Part shown: in pieces, positions 54,142 to 63,545 of the stretch
Position numbering within the stretch: the first letter of the stretch is position 1
Layout of the letters: each line of letters opens with the position of its first letter
Assembly (NCBI GenBank): GCA_017999435.1
Contig: JAGNLV010000001.1
Span: 391,938 to 455,937 of the forward strand
Direction of reading: 5' to 3'
Origin: Candidatus Zixiibacteriota bacterium
Lineage (GTDB): Bacteria > Zixibacteria > MSB-5A5 > GN15 > FEB-12
Length of the DNA: 64,000 bases
Position numbers and translations under genes: made by a program
Notes under the pieces: generated by a model
The model's input: only the letters and a program-made list of their open reading frames with translations
What the model was told of the DNA's origin: nothing
Database searches by the model: none

Positions 54142-54452
54142 TGCCCGCTCCGACCAAAGAACAAATCATGGAAGTGCTCCGGCCGATCTACGATCCGGAG
54201 ATCCGCCTCGGTATCGTCGACCTCGGCCTCGTCTACGACGTGGTCGTTCACGACGGCGGCAAAGTCGAGGTCAAGATGACCCTCACGACTCCGGCCTGCC
54301 CCTACGGCGAAATCCTCGTGGCCCAGGTTCACCGGGAGGTCGCCGCCCTGGAGGGCGTGCGCGAGGTCGAAGTCCTCCTCGTCTGGGATCCCGTGTGGGA
54401 CCCGGAGACGATGGCCTCCGATTACGCCAAGGACGTCCTCGGCATCTGGTGA
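54138..54452 (+). CDS. DUF59/SufT-like Fe-S assembly protein
   Basis: Typical 104-aa DUF59 pattern (DPEIRLGIVDLGLVYDV...MTLTTPACPY). Its start overlaps the sufU stop. Confidence 0.75.
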   Translation: MMPAPTKEQIMEVLRPIYDPEIRLGIVDLGLVYDVVVHDGGKVEVKMTLTTPACPYGEILVAQVHREVAALEGVREVEVLLVWDPVWDPETMASDYAKDVLGIW

Positions 54453-54602
54453 GGGGCGGCGCGCTCTTTGGGCGCGTCGCCCGGCCGCTCCCCCCCGACC
54501 CCGCCCCGGGCGCCAACTAATCGCTTGCGCACCGCCCGGCCGGTGAATACACTGGTGCGTTTGCATCCGTGCTTTCAACCGCGGCGACCGAAGCGAGAAC
54601 AC

Positions 54603-55799
54603 ATGAGCGAATCCGACGGCCGGCCCGACATCGGCTCCCTGCGCATCGACCGCAGCCGCAAGTACCGCGACCGCCCCCGCCGGAGCGTCGGGCGCTGGAT
54701 CGCCTGGGCCGCGATCCTGGCCGCACTCGTCGCCGGCTACTTCGCCCTGCGCGAGTTTATCCAACCGACTCTGAAAGTCCGGACTGCCGCCGCCACCCTG
54801 CTCACCGGATCGGAAGCCTCCGCCGACCTGGTCGCGACCGGCTACGTGGTGGCCCAGCGGAGCGCCGAAGTCGCCTCCAAGGGCACCGGGCGGCTTGCCC
54901 GCCTCGACTTCGAAGAGGGCGACCGTGTGCGCGTCGGGCAGGTGATCGCGGAACTCGACAACGCCGACATCCGCGCCCAGCGGGAACAGGCGCGCGCCGA
55001 ACTGCAAGCCGCCGAGGTCGATACCCTCACCGCCGGCCGCCAGCATCGCCGGGTCCGGGAACTCTTCGCCTCCGGAGCCGTCACCCAAATCGACGCCGAG
55101 GGGGCCGAATCGGCCTACCTGACCGCCCTGGCGCGCCTCGCCGCGGCCCGCGCGGCCCTCGCCGCCGCCGAGGTGGCTCTGGAAAACACCTACATCCACG
55201 CTCCCTTCGACGGCACCATTCTGACCAAGAACGCCGATGTCGGCGAAATCGTCGCCCCCTTCGCCTCCTCCGCTTCCTCCAAAGGCTCGGTCGTCACGCT
55301 CGCCGACATGAACTCCCTTGAGGTGGAGGCTGACGTCTCCGAGTCGAACATTCAAAAAATCGTCGTCGGGCGCCCGGCCGAGATCGTCCTCGACGCCTAC
55401 CCCGCCGTCTGCTACCCCGCCCGCGTCAAGAAGATCGTTCCGACCGCCGACCGCGCCCGCGCCACCGTGCTCACCAAGGTCGCCTTCGACTCGCTCGACA
55501 GCCGCGTGCTGCCCGAGATGTCGGCCCGCGTGAGTTTCTTCCTCGAGACGCCGGCCGAGGGAGCGCCGCCGCGCGCCCCTGTCCTCGTCGTGCCCAAGGA
55601 CGCCCTCACGGTCCGCGACGGCCGGACGGTGGTGTTTGTCGTCGGCCCCGACAACTACGTCGCCGCCGTCCCGATCGACGCCGGGCGCGAGCTGAACGAT
55701 TACACCGAGGTGAAAGGCGGCTTGACCGAAGGCGCGGTCGTCGTTTTGGACCCGCCCGGCAAGCTGCAGACGGGCCGCAAGGTCGAAATCACGTACTAG
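54603..55799 (+). CDS. HlyD/MacA-family periplasmic adaptor
   Basis: TM anchor, coiled-coil hairpin (AELQAAEVD...ALARLAAARAALAAAEVAL) and barrel-sandwich segments. The ATG at 54603 is preferred over the ORF-track start at 54468. Confidence 0.8.
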   Translation: MSESDGRPDIGSLRIDRSRKYRDRPRRSVGRWIAWAAILAALVAGYFALREFIQPTLKVRTAAATLLTGSEASADLVATGYVVAQRSAEVASKGTGRLARLDFEEGDRVRVGQVIAELDNADIRAQREQARAELQAAEVDTLTAGRQHRRVRELFASGAVTQIDAEGAESAYLTALARLAAARAALAAAEVALENTYIHAPFDGTILTKNADVGEIVAPFASSASSKGSVVTLADMNSLEVEADVSESNIQKIVVGRPAEIVLDAYPAVCYPARVKKIVPTADRARATVLTKVAFDSLDSRVLPEMSARVSFFLETPAEGAPPRAPVLVVPKDALTVRDGRTVVFVVGPDNYVAAVPIDAGRELNDYTEVKGGLTEGAVVVLDPPGKLQTGRKVEITY

Positions 55800-55807
55800 G
55801 GGTCCCC

Positions 55808-56488
55808 ATGCCGAACGCCCTCGTGCGCCTGGAAAACATCTCCAAATCGTACTGGCGCGATGCGCTGGAGATCCCTGTCCTGCGCAACCTCACGTTTGAG
55901 ATCCCGGAAGGGGAATTCCTCGCCCTCATGGGACCCTCCGGCTCAGGCAAGACGACCCTGCTGAACCTGATCGCGGGGATCGACCGCCCCTCCGGCGGGC
56001 GGCTCTTTGTCGGGCGGGAGGAGATCTCGCAGATGTCCGAGGCCGCCCTGGCGCGCTGGCGCAGTCGCACCATCGGCTTCATCTTCCAGTTCTACAACCT
56101 CATACCCGTCCTCACCGCTTTTGAGAATGTCGAGCTTCCCCTTTTCCTGACCGACCTTCGCAGGAGCGAACGCCGCCGCCAGGTCGAAACGGCCCTCTCG
56201 GTGGTCGGGCTCGCCGACCGCCTCCACCACTACCCGAACCAGCTCTCGGGCGGTCAGGAGCAGCGCGTCGCCATCGCCCGCGCCCTTGTCACCGACCCCG
56301 ACCTTCTCCTCGCCGACGAGCCGACCGGCGACCTCGACAAGCAGTCGGCCGAGGACGTCATGCACCTGCTGGCGTTTTTGAACCGGGAGTTCGGCAAGAC
56401 GATCGTCATGGTGACGCACGATCCGCGGGCCGCCGGGGAAGCGCACACGGTCCTCCGCCTGGACAAGGGGGAGCTCGCCGCCGCATGA
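55808..56488 (+). CDS. ABC transporter ATP-binding protein (MacB/LolD-like)
   Basis: Walker A GPSGSGKTT, signature LSGGQEQRVAIARAL, Walker B LLLADEPTG. Confidence 0.9.
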   Translation: MPNALVRLENISKSYWRDALEIPVLRNLTFEIPEGEFLALMGPSGSGKTTLLNLIAGIDRPSGGRLFVGREEISQMSEAALARWRSRTIGFIFQFYNLIPVLTAFENVELPLFLTDLRRSERRRQVETALSVVGLADRLHHYPNQLSGGQEQRVAIARALVTDPDLLLADEPTGDLDKQSAEDVMHLLAFLNREFGKTIVMVTHDPRAAGEAHTVLRLDKGELAAA

Positions 56489-57642
56489 GCGTTCTCAGGC
56501 TGATTTTCCGCAACGCCGGGCGCCACAAGCTCCGCACCTTCCTCACCGTCCTCGGCCTGGGGATCGCCGTGATGGCCTTCACCGTCATCCGGAGCACGAT
56601 CGATGCCTGGTACGCCGGCGCCGAGGCCGCGTCGCCCAACCGCCTCATCACCCGCCACGCCGTCTCCCTGACCTTCTTCCTCCCCCTCTCCTACGCCGAC
56701 CGCATCCGCAAGATCGAGGGCGTGACGGCCGTCTCGCACGCCTCCTGGTTCGGCGGCATCTACGTCAACCCCAAAAACTTCTTCGCCCAGTTCGCCATCG
56801 ACCCCGCCTCCTACCTCGAGATGTACCCTGAATTCATCGTTCCCGAGGACCAGCGGGAGCAGTTCCGGCGGCAGCGCAACGGCGCGCTTGTCGGCCGCCG
56901 GCTGGCCGACCGCTTCGGCTGGTCGGTCGGCGACGCCGTGCGCCTCACCGGCACGATCTTCCCCGGCGACTGGGACTTCACCATCGTCGGCATCTACACC
57001 GGGGCCAGGGAGAACACCGATGAGAACTCGTGGTTTCTCCGCTGGGACTATATCGACGAACGCCTGCGCCGCGAGACGCCCGTGCGGGCCGGTTACGTCG
57101 GCCTCTTCGCGGTCCAGATCGACGATCCCGGCCGCGCCGCCGAAATCTCCGGCCTGATCGACGGCGCTTTCCGCAACTCCTCCTCCGAGACCAAAACCGA
57201 AACCGAGGAGGCGTTCAATCTCGGGTTTGTCGCCATGGCCGGTTCGATCGTGCTCGGGCTGAACGTGATTTCCCTCATGGTCATCGGCATCATCATGCTC
57301 GTCCTCGGCAACACCATGGCCATGACGGCGCGCGAGCGGATCAACGAGTACGCCGTGATGAAGACCCTCGGCTTCCGCACCCCCCACATCGTCGGCCTCA
57401 TCGTCGGGGAGTCGCTCGTCATCGCCGCCCTGGGCGGCGCGCTGGGGATCTTCCTCACCTGGCCGATCGGCAACCTCGTGCGGACCGCCCTCTCGGCGTT
57501 CTTCCCCGTCTTCGCCACCGGGCTGGGCACCTATGCGCTGGGCGGGGCGGCCGCCGTCGCTGTCGGACTGCTCGCCGCCGTCTTCCCCGCGCTCAAAGCG
57601 CTCCACACTCCAATTGTCGAGGGCCTCCGGGTCGTCGACTGA
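56485..57642 (+). CDS. ABC transporter permease (FtsX/MacB type)
   Basis: TM1, a large periplasmic domain, and three C-terminal TMs. Overlaps the ATPase gene stop. Confidence 0.8.
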   Translation: MSVLRLIFRNAGRHKLRTFLTVLGLGIAVMAFTVIRSTIDAWYAGAEAASPNRLITRHAVSLTFFLPLSYADRIRKIEGVTAVSHASWFGGIYVNPKNFFAQFAIDPASYLEMYPEFIVPEDQREQFRRQRNGALVGRRLADRFGWSVGDAVRLTGTIFPGDWDFTIVGIYTGARENTDENSWFLRWDYIDERLRRETPVRAGYVGLFAVQIDDPGRAAEISGLIDGAFRNSSSETKTETEEAFNLGFVAMAGSIVLGLNVISLMVIGIIMLVLGNTMAMTARERINEYAVMKTLGFRTPHIVGLIVGESLVIAALGGALGIFLTWPIGNLVRTALSAFFPVFATGLGTYALGGAAAVAVGLLAAVFPALKALHTPIVEGLRVVD

Positions 57643-57651
57643 GGCGTTCCC

Positions 57652-58818
57652 ATGCGGCTGCTGTTGGCATATTCGTGGCGCAACGTCTTCACCCGCCGTC
57701 TCACCTCGGCCCTGACCATCTTCGGCGTCGCCCTCGTCGTCTTCGTCTTCTGCGCCGTGCTCATGCTCTCCCACGGGCTGCGCCGGACGCTGGTCGACAC
57801 GGGCGACGACAACAACGCGGTCGTCATCCGGAAGGCCGCCCAGACCGAGATCACCTCGATCGTCTACCGCCGCGAGGGCAACATCATCAAGGCCGACCCG
57901 GCCGTCGCGCTCACCCCCGAGGGCCGCCCCCGCGCCAGCGGCGAACTGCTCGTGCTCATCACCAAGACCAAACGGTCCTCCGACGAGACGAGCAACGTGC
58001 CCGTCCGCGGCGTGGCGCCGGAGGCTCTCCTCCTGCGCCCCGACATCTCGCTCGTCGCCGGCCGCCTCTGGCGCCCCGGCCGCTCCGAGATCATCGCCGG
58101 GGCCAAAGTCGCCGCCGGCTTCCAAAATGCCGGCCTTGGCGAAAAAGTCCGCTTCGCCTCCCGCGACTGGACCGTCGTCGGCATCTTCGAAGACAACAAC
58201 TCCGGCTTCGAGTCCGAGCTCTGGGGCGACTACGATCAACTCGCGGCGGCGTTCGAACGCCCCATCTACTCGTCCGTGACCGTGCGCCTGAAATCCCCCG
58301 ACCGGTTTTCGGGTATGAAAGCGCGCCTCGAGAACGACCCCCGCCTCGCTGTCGACGTGCGCCGCGAAAAGCAGTACTACGCCGACCAGTCGAGCTTCAC
58401 CGCCACCTACATCAACATCCTCGGCCTGGTCATCTCCGTCATCTTCTCCGTCGGGGCGATCGTGGGCGCCATGATCACCATGTACGGCTCGGTCGCCGGC
58501 CGCACCCGCGAGATCGGCACCCTCCGCACTCTCGGCTTCGGCCGGTTCGCCATCCTCAGCGCCTTCCTCGCCGAGTCGGTGCTGATGGCCCTCGTCGGCG
58601 GCGGGCTGGGCGTCACGGCCGCCGCTTTGCTCCGCTTCGCCCAGGTGTCCACGACCAATTGGGACACCTTCGCCGAGCTGGCCTTCTCCTTCGAGACCTC
58701 CCCCGGAATCATTGCCGGCGCGCTCGTCTTTGCCGCACTCATGGGGGTGGTGGGCGGGTTTCTCCCGGCTGTGCGCGCCTCCCGCCTGAGCGTGCTGTCG
58801 GCCCTGCGCGCCAAGTAG
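57652..58818 (+). CDS. ABC transporter permease (FtsX/MacB type), second copy
   Basis: Same topology as the preceding permease (REIGTLRTLGF motif). Confidence 0.8.
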   Translation: MRLLLAYSWRNVFTRRLTSALTIFGVALVVFVFCAVLMLSHGLRRTLVDTGDDNNAVVIRKAAQTEITSIVYRREGNIIKADPAVALTPEGRPRASGELLVLITKTKRSSDETSNVPVRGVAPEALLLRPDISLVAGRLWRPGRSEIIAGAKVAAGFQNAGLGEKVRFASRDWTVVGIFEDNNSGFESELWGDYDQLAAAFERPIYSSVTVRLKSPDRFSGMKARLENDPRLAVDVRREKQYYADQSSFTATYINILGLVISVIFSVGAIVGAMITMYGSVAGRTREIGTLRTLGFGRFAILSAFLAESVLMALVGGGLGVTAAALLRFAQVSTTNWDTFAELAFSFETSPGIIAGALVFAALMGVVGGFLPAVRASRLSVLSALRAK

Positions 58819-58945
58819 GGGCGCACCGCCCGCCGCCGAAGACGGACACGAATCGTCCCCGCCCCTCGGCCGCCGGCGCCCTCGCCCGCCTTGCCCCGAC
58901 CGATTCCATTGAATAATACCCGCTCCCGCCCGTACTTTCTTTAGA

Positions 58946-58974
58946 TTGACACAGATTCTCAGCAGGAGCATATT
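58946..58974 (+). promoter_or_regulatory. Candidate promoter of nfeD (possibly giving a leaderless mRNA)
   Basis: TTGACA-N17-CATATT. The -10 ends 6 nt before the nfeD ATG at 58981. Shares GGAGCATATTTAAGC with the site at 15629-15643. Confidence 0.4.
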
Positions 58975-58980
58975 TAAGCC

Positions 58981-60417
58981 ATGAGACTCAGGTTGGTTCT
59001 CATTGCCGCAGTGTGGATGCTGGCCTCGGCCCTGCTCTTGTCAAATTCGTTGGCGCAGCAGGAGGATCGCCCCCCGCTGGGGGCCGGCGAGGACTCCGTC
59101 CTCGTGCCGCCCGAGGCGCGCAAGGCCCTCCGGGAGATCCACAGCTCCGTTCCGCCCTACGCGATGATCCCGGACTCGGTCCTCCGGTCGCAGTCGTCGG
59201 CTGAGGGCCGCCCGCCGCTGGTGTACGTCATGGTCCTCGAGGGACCGATCGGCGCCGTCGCGAGCGACCGCGTCGAGGAGGCGGTGGCGCAGGCCGAGGA
59301 GAAGGGCGCCGAGCTGCTGGTGATCGAGCTCGACACCCCCGGCGGCTTCACCCAGTCCACCTGGACGATCTCCAAAGCGATCATGAACTCGCGGGTCCCG
59401 GTGGCCGTGTACATCGCGCCGCGCGGGGCGCGGGCCGGGTCGGCCGGCGTCTACATCACCTACGCCGCCCACATCGCCGCCATGGCCCCCTCGACCAACA
59501 TCGGCGCCGCCCATCCCGTCGGCAGCGGCGCCGTCGACTCGATCATGAACGAGAAAATCACCAACGACGCGGTCGCCCAGATCAAGGCCGCCGCCAAAGA
59601 GCGCGGCCGCAATGTCGAGTGGGCTGAACAGGCCGTCCGCCAGTCGGTCTCCGTCGACGACCGCGAGGCCCTCGAACTCAACGTCGTCGACCTCCGCGCC
59701 GACGATCTCGACGATCTGCTCGCCCGGATCAACCTCCGCATTGTCGCCCTGCCCGATGCCGTCGACACCCTGTTTCTCACCGACGCCCGCGTCGAGGAGA
59801 TCACGACCTCCTTCGTCTACCGCCTCCTCCAGATCATCACCGATCCGAACGTCGCCCTCATCCTCTTCTCCCTCGGCTCGCTCGGGCTGGTCATCGAGCT
59901 GTACAACCCGGGGGCGATCCTCCCCGGCGTGGTCGGCGCCATCTGCCTCATCCTCTCACTCTATGCCTTCCAGACGCTCGACGTCAACTACGCCGGCCTC
60001 GCCCTGATCATCCTGGCGATCATCCTCTTTATCCTCGAAATCAAAGTGGTGTCCTACGGCGTCCTCACCCTGGGCGGCCTGATCGCCTTTTTCATCGGAG
60101 GACTCATGCTCTACGATACCGTCGATCCGACGCTGCGCATCTCGCTGTCCGTCCTGATCACCGCAGCCGTGTGCGTCGCCGCCGTCGTCCTCGTCGTCGG
60201 CTATCTCGTCTACAAGGCCCACCGTCGGCAGGTGTTCGTCGGCGAGGAGGGCCTGATCGGGAAGACCGCGACCGTCCGCGCCGCGGGCATGGTGTATGTC
60301 GACGGCGCTCTGTGGCGGGCCGTGTCGGAGGGCACGCTCGAAGTTGGCGATAAAGTGACCATCGTCCGCACCGACGGACTAACTCTGCACGTGAAGAAAC
60401 TCGAAGGACAGAGGTGA
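58981..60417 (+). CDS. nfeD: NfeD-family membrane-bound ClpP-class serine protease
   Basis: Signal peptide, ClpP-like domain (IELDTPGG...[12 protein letters not shown]), a multi-TM block, and a C-terminal OB-like NfeD domain. Followed by an SPFH gene. Confidence 0.85.
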   Translation: MRLRLVLIAAVWMLASALLLSNSLAQQEDRPPLGAGEDSVLVPPEARKALREIHSSVPPYAMIPDSVLRSQSSAEGRPPLVYVMVLEGPIGAVASDRVEEAVAQAEEKGAELLVIELDTPGGFTQSTWTISKAIMNSRVPVAVYIAPRGARAGSAGVYITYAAHIAAMAPSTNIGAAHPVGSGAVDSIMNEKITNDAVAQIKAAAKERGRNVEWAEQAVRQSVSVDDREALELNVVDLRADDLDDLLARINLRIVALPDAVDTLFLTDARVEEITTSFVYRLLQIITDPNVALILFSLGSLGLVIELYNPGAILPGVVGAICLILSLYAFQTLDVNYAGLALIILAIILFILEIKVVSYGVLTLGGLIAFFIGGLMLYDTVDPTLRISLSVLITAAVCVAAVVLVVGYLVYKAHRRQVFVGEEGLIGKTATVRAAGMVYVDGALWRAVSEGTLEVGDKVTIVRTDGLTLHVKKLEGQR

Positions 60418-60422
60418 GTTGT

Positions 60423-61289
60423 ATGACCACGTTTCCCATTCTGGCCGTCGTTATCTTTTTCGCCTTGATCCTGCTGTTCAACATGATCAAGGTGCTCAAG
60501 GAGTACGAACGGGGCGTCATTTTCCGGCTCGGCCGCCTCATCGGCGCCAAGGGCCCCGGTCTGATCATCCTCATCCCCATCGTCGACAAAATGGTGCGCG
60601 TCGACCTGCGCGTCATCACCTATGACATTCCTTCCCAGGACGTCATCACCAACGACAACGTCTCGGTGAAAGTGAACGCCGTCGTCTACTTCGCCGTCGT
60701 CGACCCGAACAAGGCCATCGTCAGCGTCGCCAACTTCTTCGAGGCCACCTCGCAGATTGCGCAGACGACCCTCCGCTCGGTCCTCGGCCAGTTCGAACTC
60801 GACGAGCTGCTGGCCAACCGCGACAAGATCAACGCCCAGCTGCAGCACATCATCGACGAGCAGACCGAGCCGTGGGGCGTCAAGGTGAGCGTGGTGGAGG
60901 TCAAGAATGTCGACCTCCCGCCCGAGATGACGCGCGCCATCGCCCGCCAGGCCGAGGCCGAGCGCGAGCGGCGCTCGAAAGTCATTCACGCCGAGGGCGA
61001 GTTCCAGGCTGCGCAGAAACTGGCCGATGCCGCTACCGTGATCGGCGCCGCCCCGGGCGCCATGCAACTCCGTTTCCTTTCGACCCTCGTCGAGGTCTCG
61101 GCCGAGCGCAACTCCACGCTCATCTTCCCGGTGCCGATCGACCTGCTGACCTCCTTCAAGAGCTTTCTCGATTGGAATTCCGGACCGAAGCAAACCGGGG
61201 CGGCGTCGATTGAGGCTTTCCGCAAAGCGATGGAAAATCTCGGCGGACCATCGGGGCCGAAGCCTGATGCCGGGCGGGACAAGGGTTAG
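60423..61289 (+). CDS. SPFH/band-7 (stomatin-like) protein
   Basis: Carries [13 protein letters not shown]...RVDLRV...[19 protein letters not shown] and an Ala/Glu-rich coiled coil. The ATG at 60423 has a GAGGTGAG RBS. Confidence 0.88.
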   Translation: MTTFPILAVVIFFALILLFNMIKVLKEYERGVIFRLGRLIGAKGPGLIILIPIVDKMVRVDLRVITYDIPSQDVITNDNVSVKVNAVVYFAVVDPNKAIVSVANFFEATSQIAQTTLRSVLGQFELDELLANRDKINAQLQHIIDEQTEPWGVKVSVVEVKNVDLPPEMTRAIARQAEAERERRSKVIHAEGEFQAAQKLADAATVIGAAPGAMQLRFLSTLVEVSAERNSTLIFPVPIDLLTSFKSFLDWNSGPKQTGAASIEAFRKAMENLGGPSGPKPDAGRDKG

Positions 61290-61335
61290 CGCACTCCCGG
61301 GCCATTTGTTCCGCTTTGTCGGCAGAGCAAACTAC

Positions 61336-61367
61336 GGGGCAGGCTCGGTAAGCCTGCCCCTTTTATT
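61336..61367 (+). terminator. Strong intrinsic terminator after the SPFH gene
   Basis: 10-bp stem GGGGCAGGCT/AGCCTGCCCC with a 5-nt loop, followed by TTTTATT. Confidence 0.85.
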
Positions 61368-61477
61368 GGCCGGCTTGCCGCTCTCGAGTAGCCTAACTTC
61401 TCTTGTGTAATTTCTATGGAAGGTAATGAAGAAGAGGGCATGTCCATGAAAACCTGGAAGTTACTGAGGACATGCCC

Positions 61478-61660
61478 ATGCGAGAAGTGGACTTCTCAGA
61501 GAAAAGTCTATTCTGTCGGTGGCTGGGTGTCACGAACATGTGGGAGTTGATTCAGGGGGAAGTGAAGCCATCGGTGAAGGGGACGTTGGAGATGGCGATG
61601 AACGGGGAGGTCGAGGCACGAATCGGGTGCGGGAAGTAGGAGCGGATGGGGCATAGCCGA
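61478..61660 (+). pseudogene. Remnant of the N-terminal end of an IS256/Mutator-family transposase
   Basis: Translation ...VKGTLEMAMNGEVEARIGCGK*ER matches the family pattern L.E.M..E....IG...YER, with a TAG where the Tyr codon is expected. Similarity ends within ~20 codons. The catalytic part is absent. Confidence 0.4.
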
Positions 61661-61782
61661 TCGATTCTATCGTGTTCTTATTCAAACTGACCCACTACCG
61701 AAATTGTCCTTGACAGGCGCACAGACACAGTATATATGAATTTGAGGGTAGTTGCTCACAGGAGCCTCACACGGGATTCCGG

Positions 61783-62157
61783 ATGCGTAGAAGTCACACG
61801 TTGCTCGGCGGTATCTTGCCGGTCTTCCTGTCACTGGGAGTCTTCGGTGGAGGTAAGGGTAACGTTGATCCGGATCTGTGGTCGCGGGACGAGATTACCG
61901 GCACCGTCTCCGATTCCGCGACCACTGACCCGATCGCCGGTGCGGCTGTTTTTCTACTCGGCACGGCGCTACCGGTGTCTTCGGCAACTTCTGATTCGAG
62001 CGGGAGATATCGGATATACCCCGAGAGCTTCGGGGAAACGCAGTTGCTTTGCGAAAAGAACGGGTATGTATCGGACACACAGCTGGTCAACCTCGTACCT
62101 GACAAGTTTAAGTACGAGGTAGACTTCCTGCTGGTCCGGGACTCCTCGGCGCGGTAA
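61783..62157 (+). CDS. Small exported protein with a carboxypeptidase-regulatory-like (CarboxypepD_reg) domain
   Basis: ITGTVSDSATTDPIAGAAVFLLG...TSDSSGRYRIYPESFGETQLLCEKNGYVS...VDFLL fits the domain pattern. Has an N-terminal hydrophobic segment. Confidence 0.6.
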   Translation: MRRSHTLLGGILPVFLSLGVFGGGKGNVDPDLWSRDEITGTVSDSATTDPIAGAAVFLLGTALPVSSATSDSSGRYRIYPESFGETQLLCEKNGYVSDTQLVNLVPDKFKYEVDFLLVRDSSAR

Positions 62158-62174
62158 CCGGAGCGATCTGGGGA

Positions 62175-62360
62175 TTGATGGTCGAGGGCAAGAACCTGCT
62201 GAGAATCATGGGTGAAGGTGCTCAGTATCCGTCGTGGTCTCCGGATGGCAGCAGCCTTGCGTATTCGAAACCGACGGTGGAAGGAGGTGAGATATGGCTC
62301 ATGAGTGACGACGGTACGGATCAACGTATCGTTTCGTCTTGGGCGACACCTGTGCACTGA
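62175..62360 (+). pseudogene. Fragment encoding a single PD40/TolB-like propeller blade
   Basis: YPSWSPDGSSLAYSK...GEIWLMSDDGTDQR is one PD40 repeat. At 61 aa it is too short for a propeller. It contains copy 1 of the 87-bp repeat. Confidence 0.4.
62241..62327 (+). repeat. 87-bp perfect direct repeat, copy 1
   Basis: CCGGATGGCAGCAGCCTTGCG...ACGGATCAACGT is identical to 63546-63632. Confidence 0.9.
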
Positions 62361-62623
62361 CAACCGTCCACGGTGCGGGAGGTAGAATTAGGCGGGCGCA
62401 GGCTCCCTCGGCCGGACATCCCGCACCACCCAATACAACGCCCGGCTTTGTCCTGACAGTCAACGGTCGGTAACCGTGGCCGTACGACTGGGCCGGCAAA
62501 ACAGGACCAATCGGACCGAGTGCGAGTGAGGGTCGTAACTGACGCGACCCGGCAAAAACTGTGGCGCATTCGTCTTGCGGCGGAAGTGATCGGAGACTAA
62601 ACTTCGAATGATTGGAGGTCAGT

Positions 62624-63493
62624 GTGCTTGAGTTTGTCAAGTCGATGCTCTCATGGGTTCCGGCGATGATACTGGCGTCGGCAGTGGCCTGTAACGATCC
62701 CGTCATCGGTCCTGATCCGGAGATCTACCCGGAGTCCTGGGATCTTCCCCCCCACTGGTCGTGGGCGGGCGACAAGATCGTCTACGCCTCACCGGGGCTG
62801 CCCGATTCGATCCCCGACTACTTGCTGTTCATCATTGACACGACGGGCGAGAATCGGCATCCTGTGGTCGCGGGGGCGATCGACGGCGTCTTCCTGCCCG
62901 GCGACACGCAGCTGGTCATCATGGGCGCAGACTTCAAACTCTACGTACTTGATCTGAACACGAGTTCGCTGCAACTGCTGGTCGACCACGCTTTTAGCCG
63001 TTTCCCCGATATCGACCCTGATCGAGGCTACCTCTACTACGAGGATGCAGGCGTGGCCAACGGTTGGGCGACGTCGATCTATCGCATGGATCTGGCGACC
63101 GGTGACACCACTCATATCATCGGGGGATCGTTTCCTGTCCTCTCGCCTGACGGCCGGCAACTGCTGTTCTATCGGCATGACCGGGTCCGTTGCTTTGACA
63201 TGGCTTCCGATTCTGAGTGGGTCGTGTTTGCCCCAGTAGCGGATGCCGAAATGGACTGGTCACCCGATGGCAGTGAGATAGTGATTGGAAGTATCAACCT
63301 CAAGGAGTTCTGGGGCAAGCTCTATAAGGTACGCCCCGATGGAACTGGTGCCCGCCGATTCAGCACCGGTCTGTCGCCCCAGTACTCGCGCACCGGGAAC
63401 CGCTTGTCTGTATTGCGTCCCGGCGCCGACAATCGCTACCATCTCTTTCTGATTGATCCCGATGGGGGAAACCCCAAGCAACTGACGTTCTAG
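62624..63493 (+). CDS. Lipoprotein with PD40/TolB-like beta-propeller repeats
   Basis: GGAGG lies 5 nt before the GTG at 62624. Lipobox ASAVAC. Repeated SPDG motifs (SPDGRQLLF, SPDGSEIVI). Confidence 0.7.
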   Translation: MLEFVKSMLSWVPAMILASAVACNDPVIGPDPEIYPESWDLPPHWSWAGDKIVYASPGLPDSIPDYLLFIIDTTGENRHPVVAGAIDGVFLPGDTQLVIMGADFKLYVLDLNTSSLQLLVDHAFSRFPDIDPDRGYLYYEDAGVANGWATSIYRMDLATGDTTHIIGGSFPVLSPDGRQLLFYRHDRVRCFDMASDSEWVVFAPVADAEMDWSPDGSEIVIGSINLKEFWGKLYKVRPDGTGARRFSTGLSPQYSRTGNRLSVLRPGADNRYHLFLIDPDGGNPKQLTF

Positions 63494-63545
63494 TCGGTCA
63501 TTTCAATCAGATTGGTAAGGGGAGGAGTTCTCATGCACCGAGTCC

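Noticed and set aside
61794-62363. 189-aa minus-strand ORF in the accessory tail.
   Set aside because: It is antisense to the CarboxypepD_reg-domain gene and the PD40 fragment, both of which have recognisable domain patterns. Its translation is Arg/Ser-rich without motifs.
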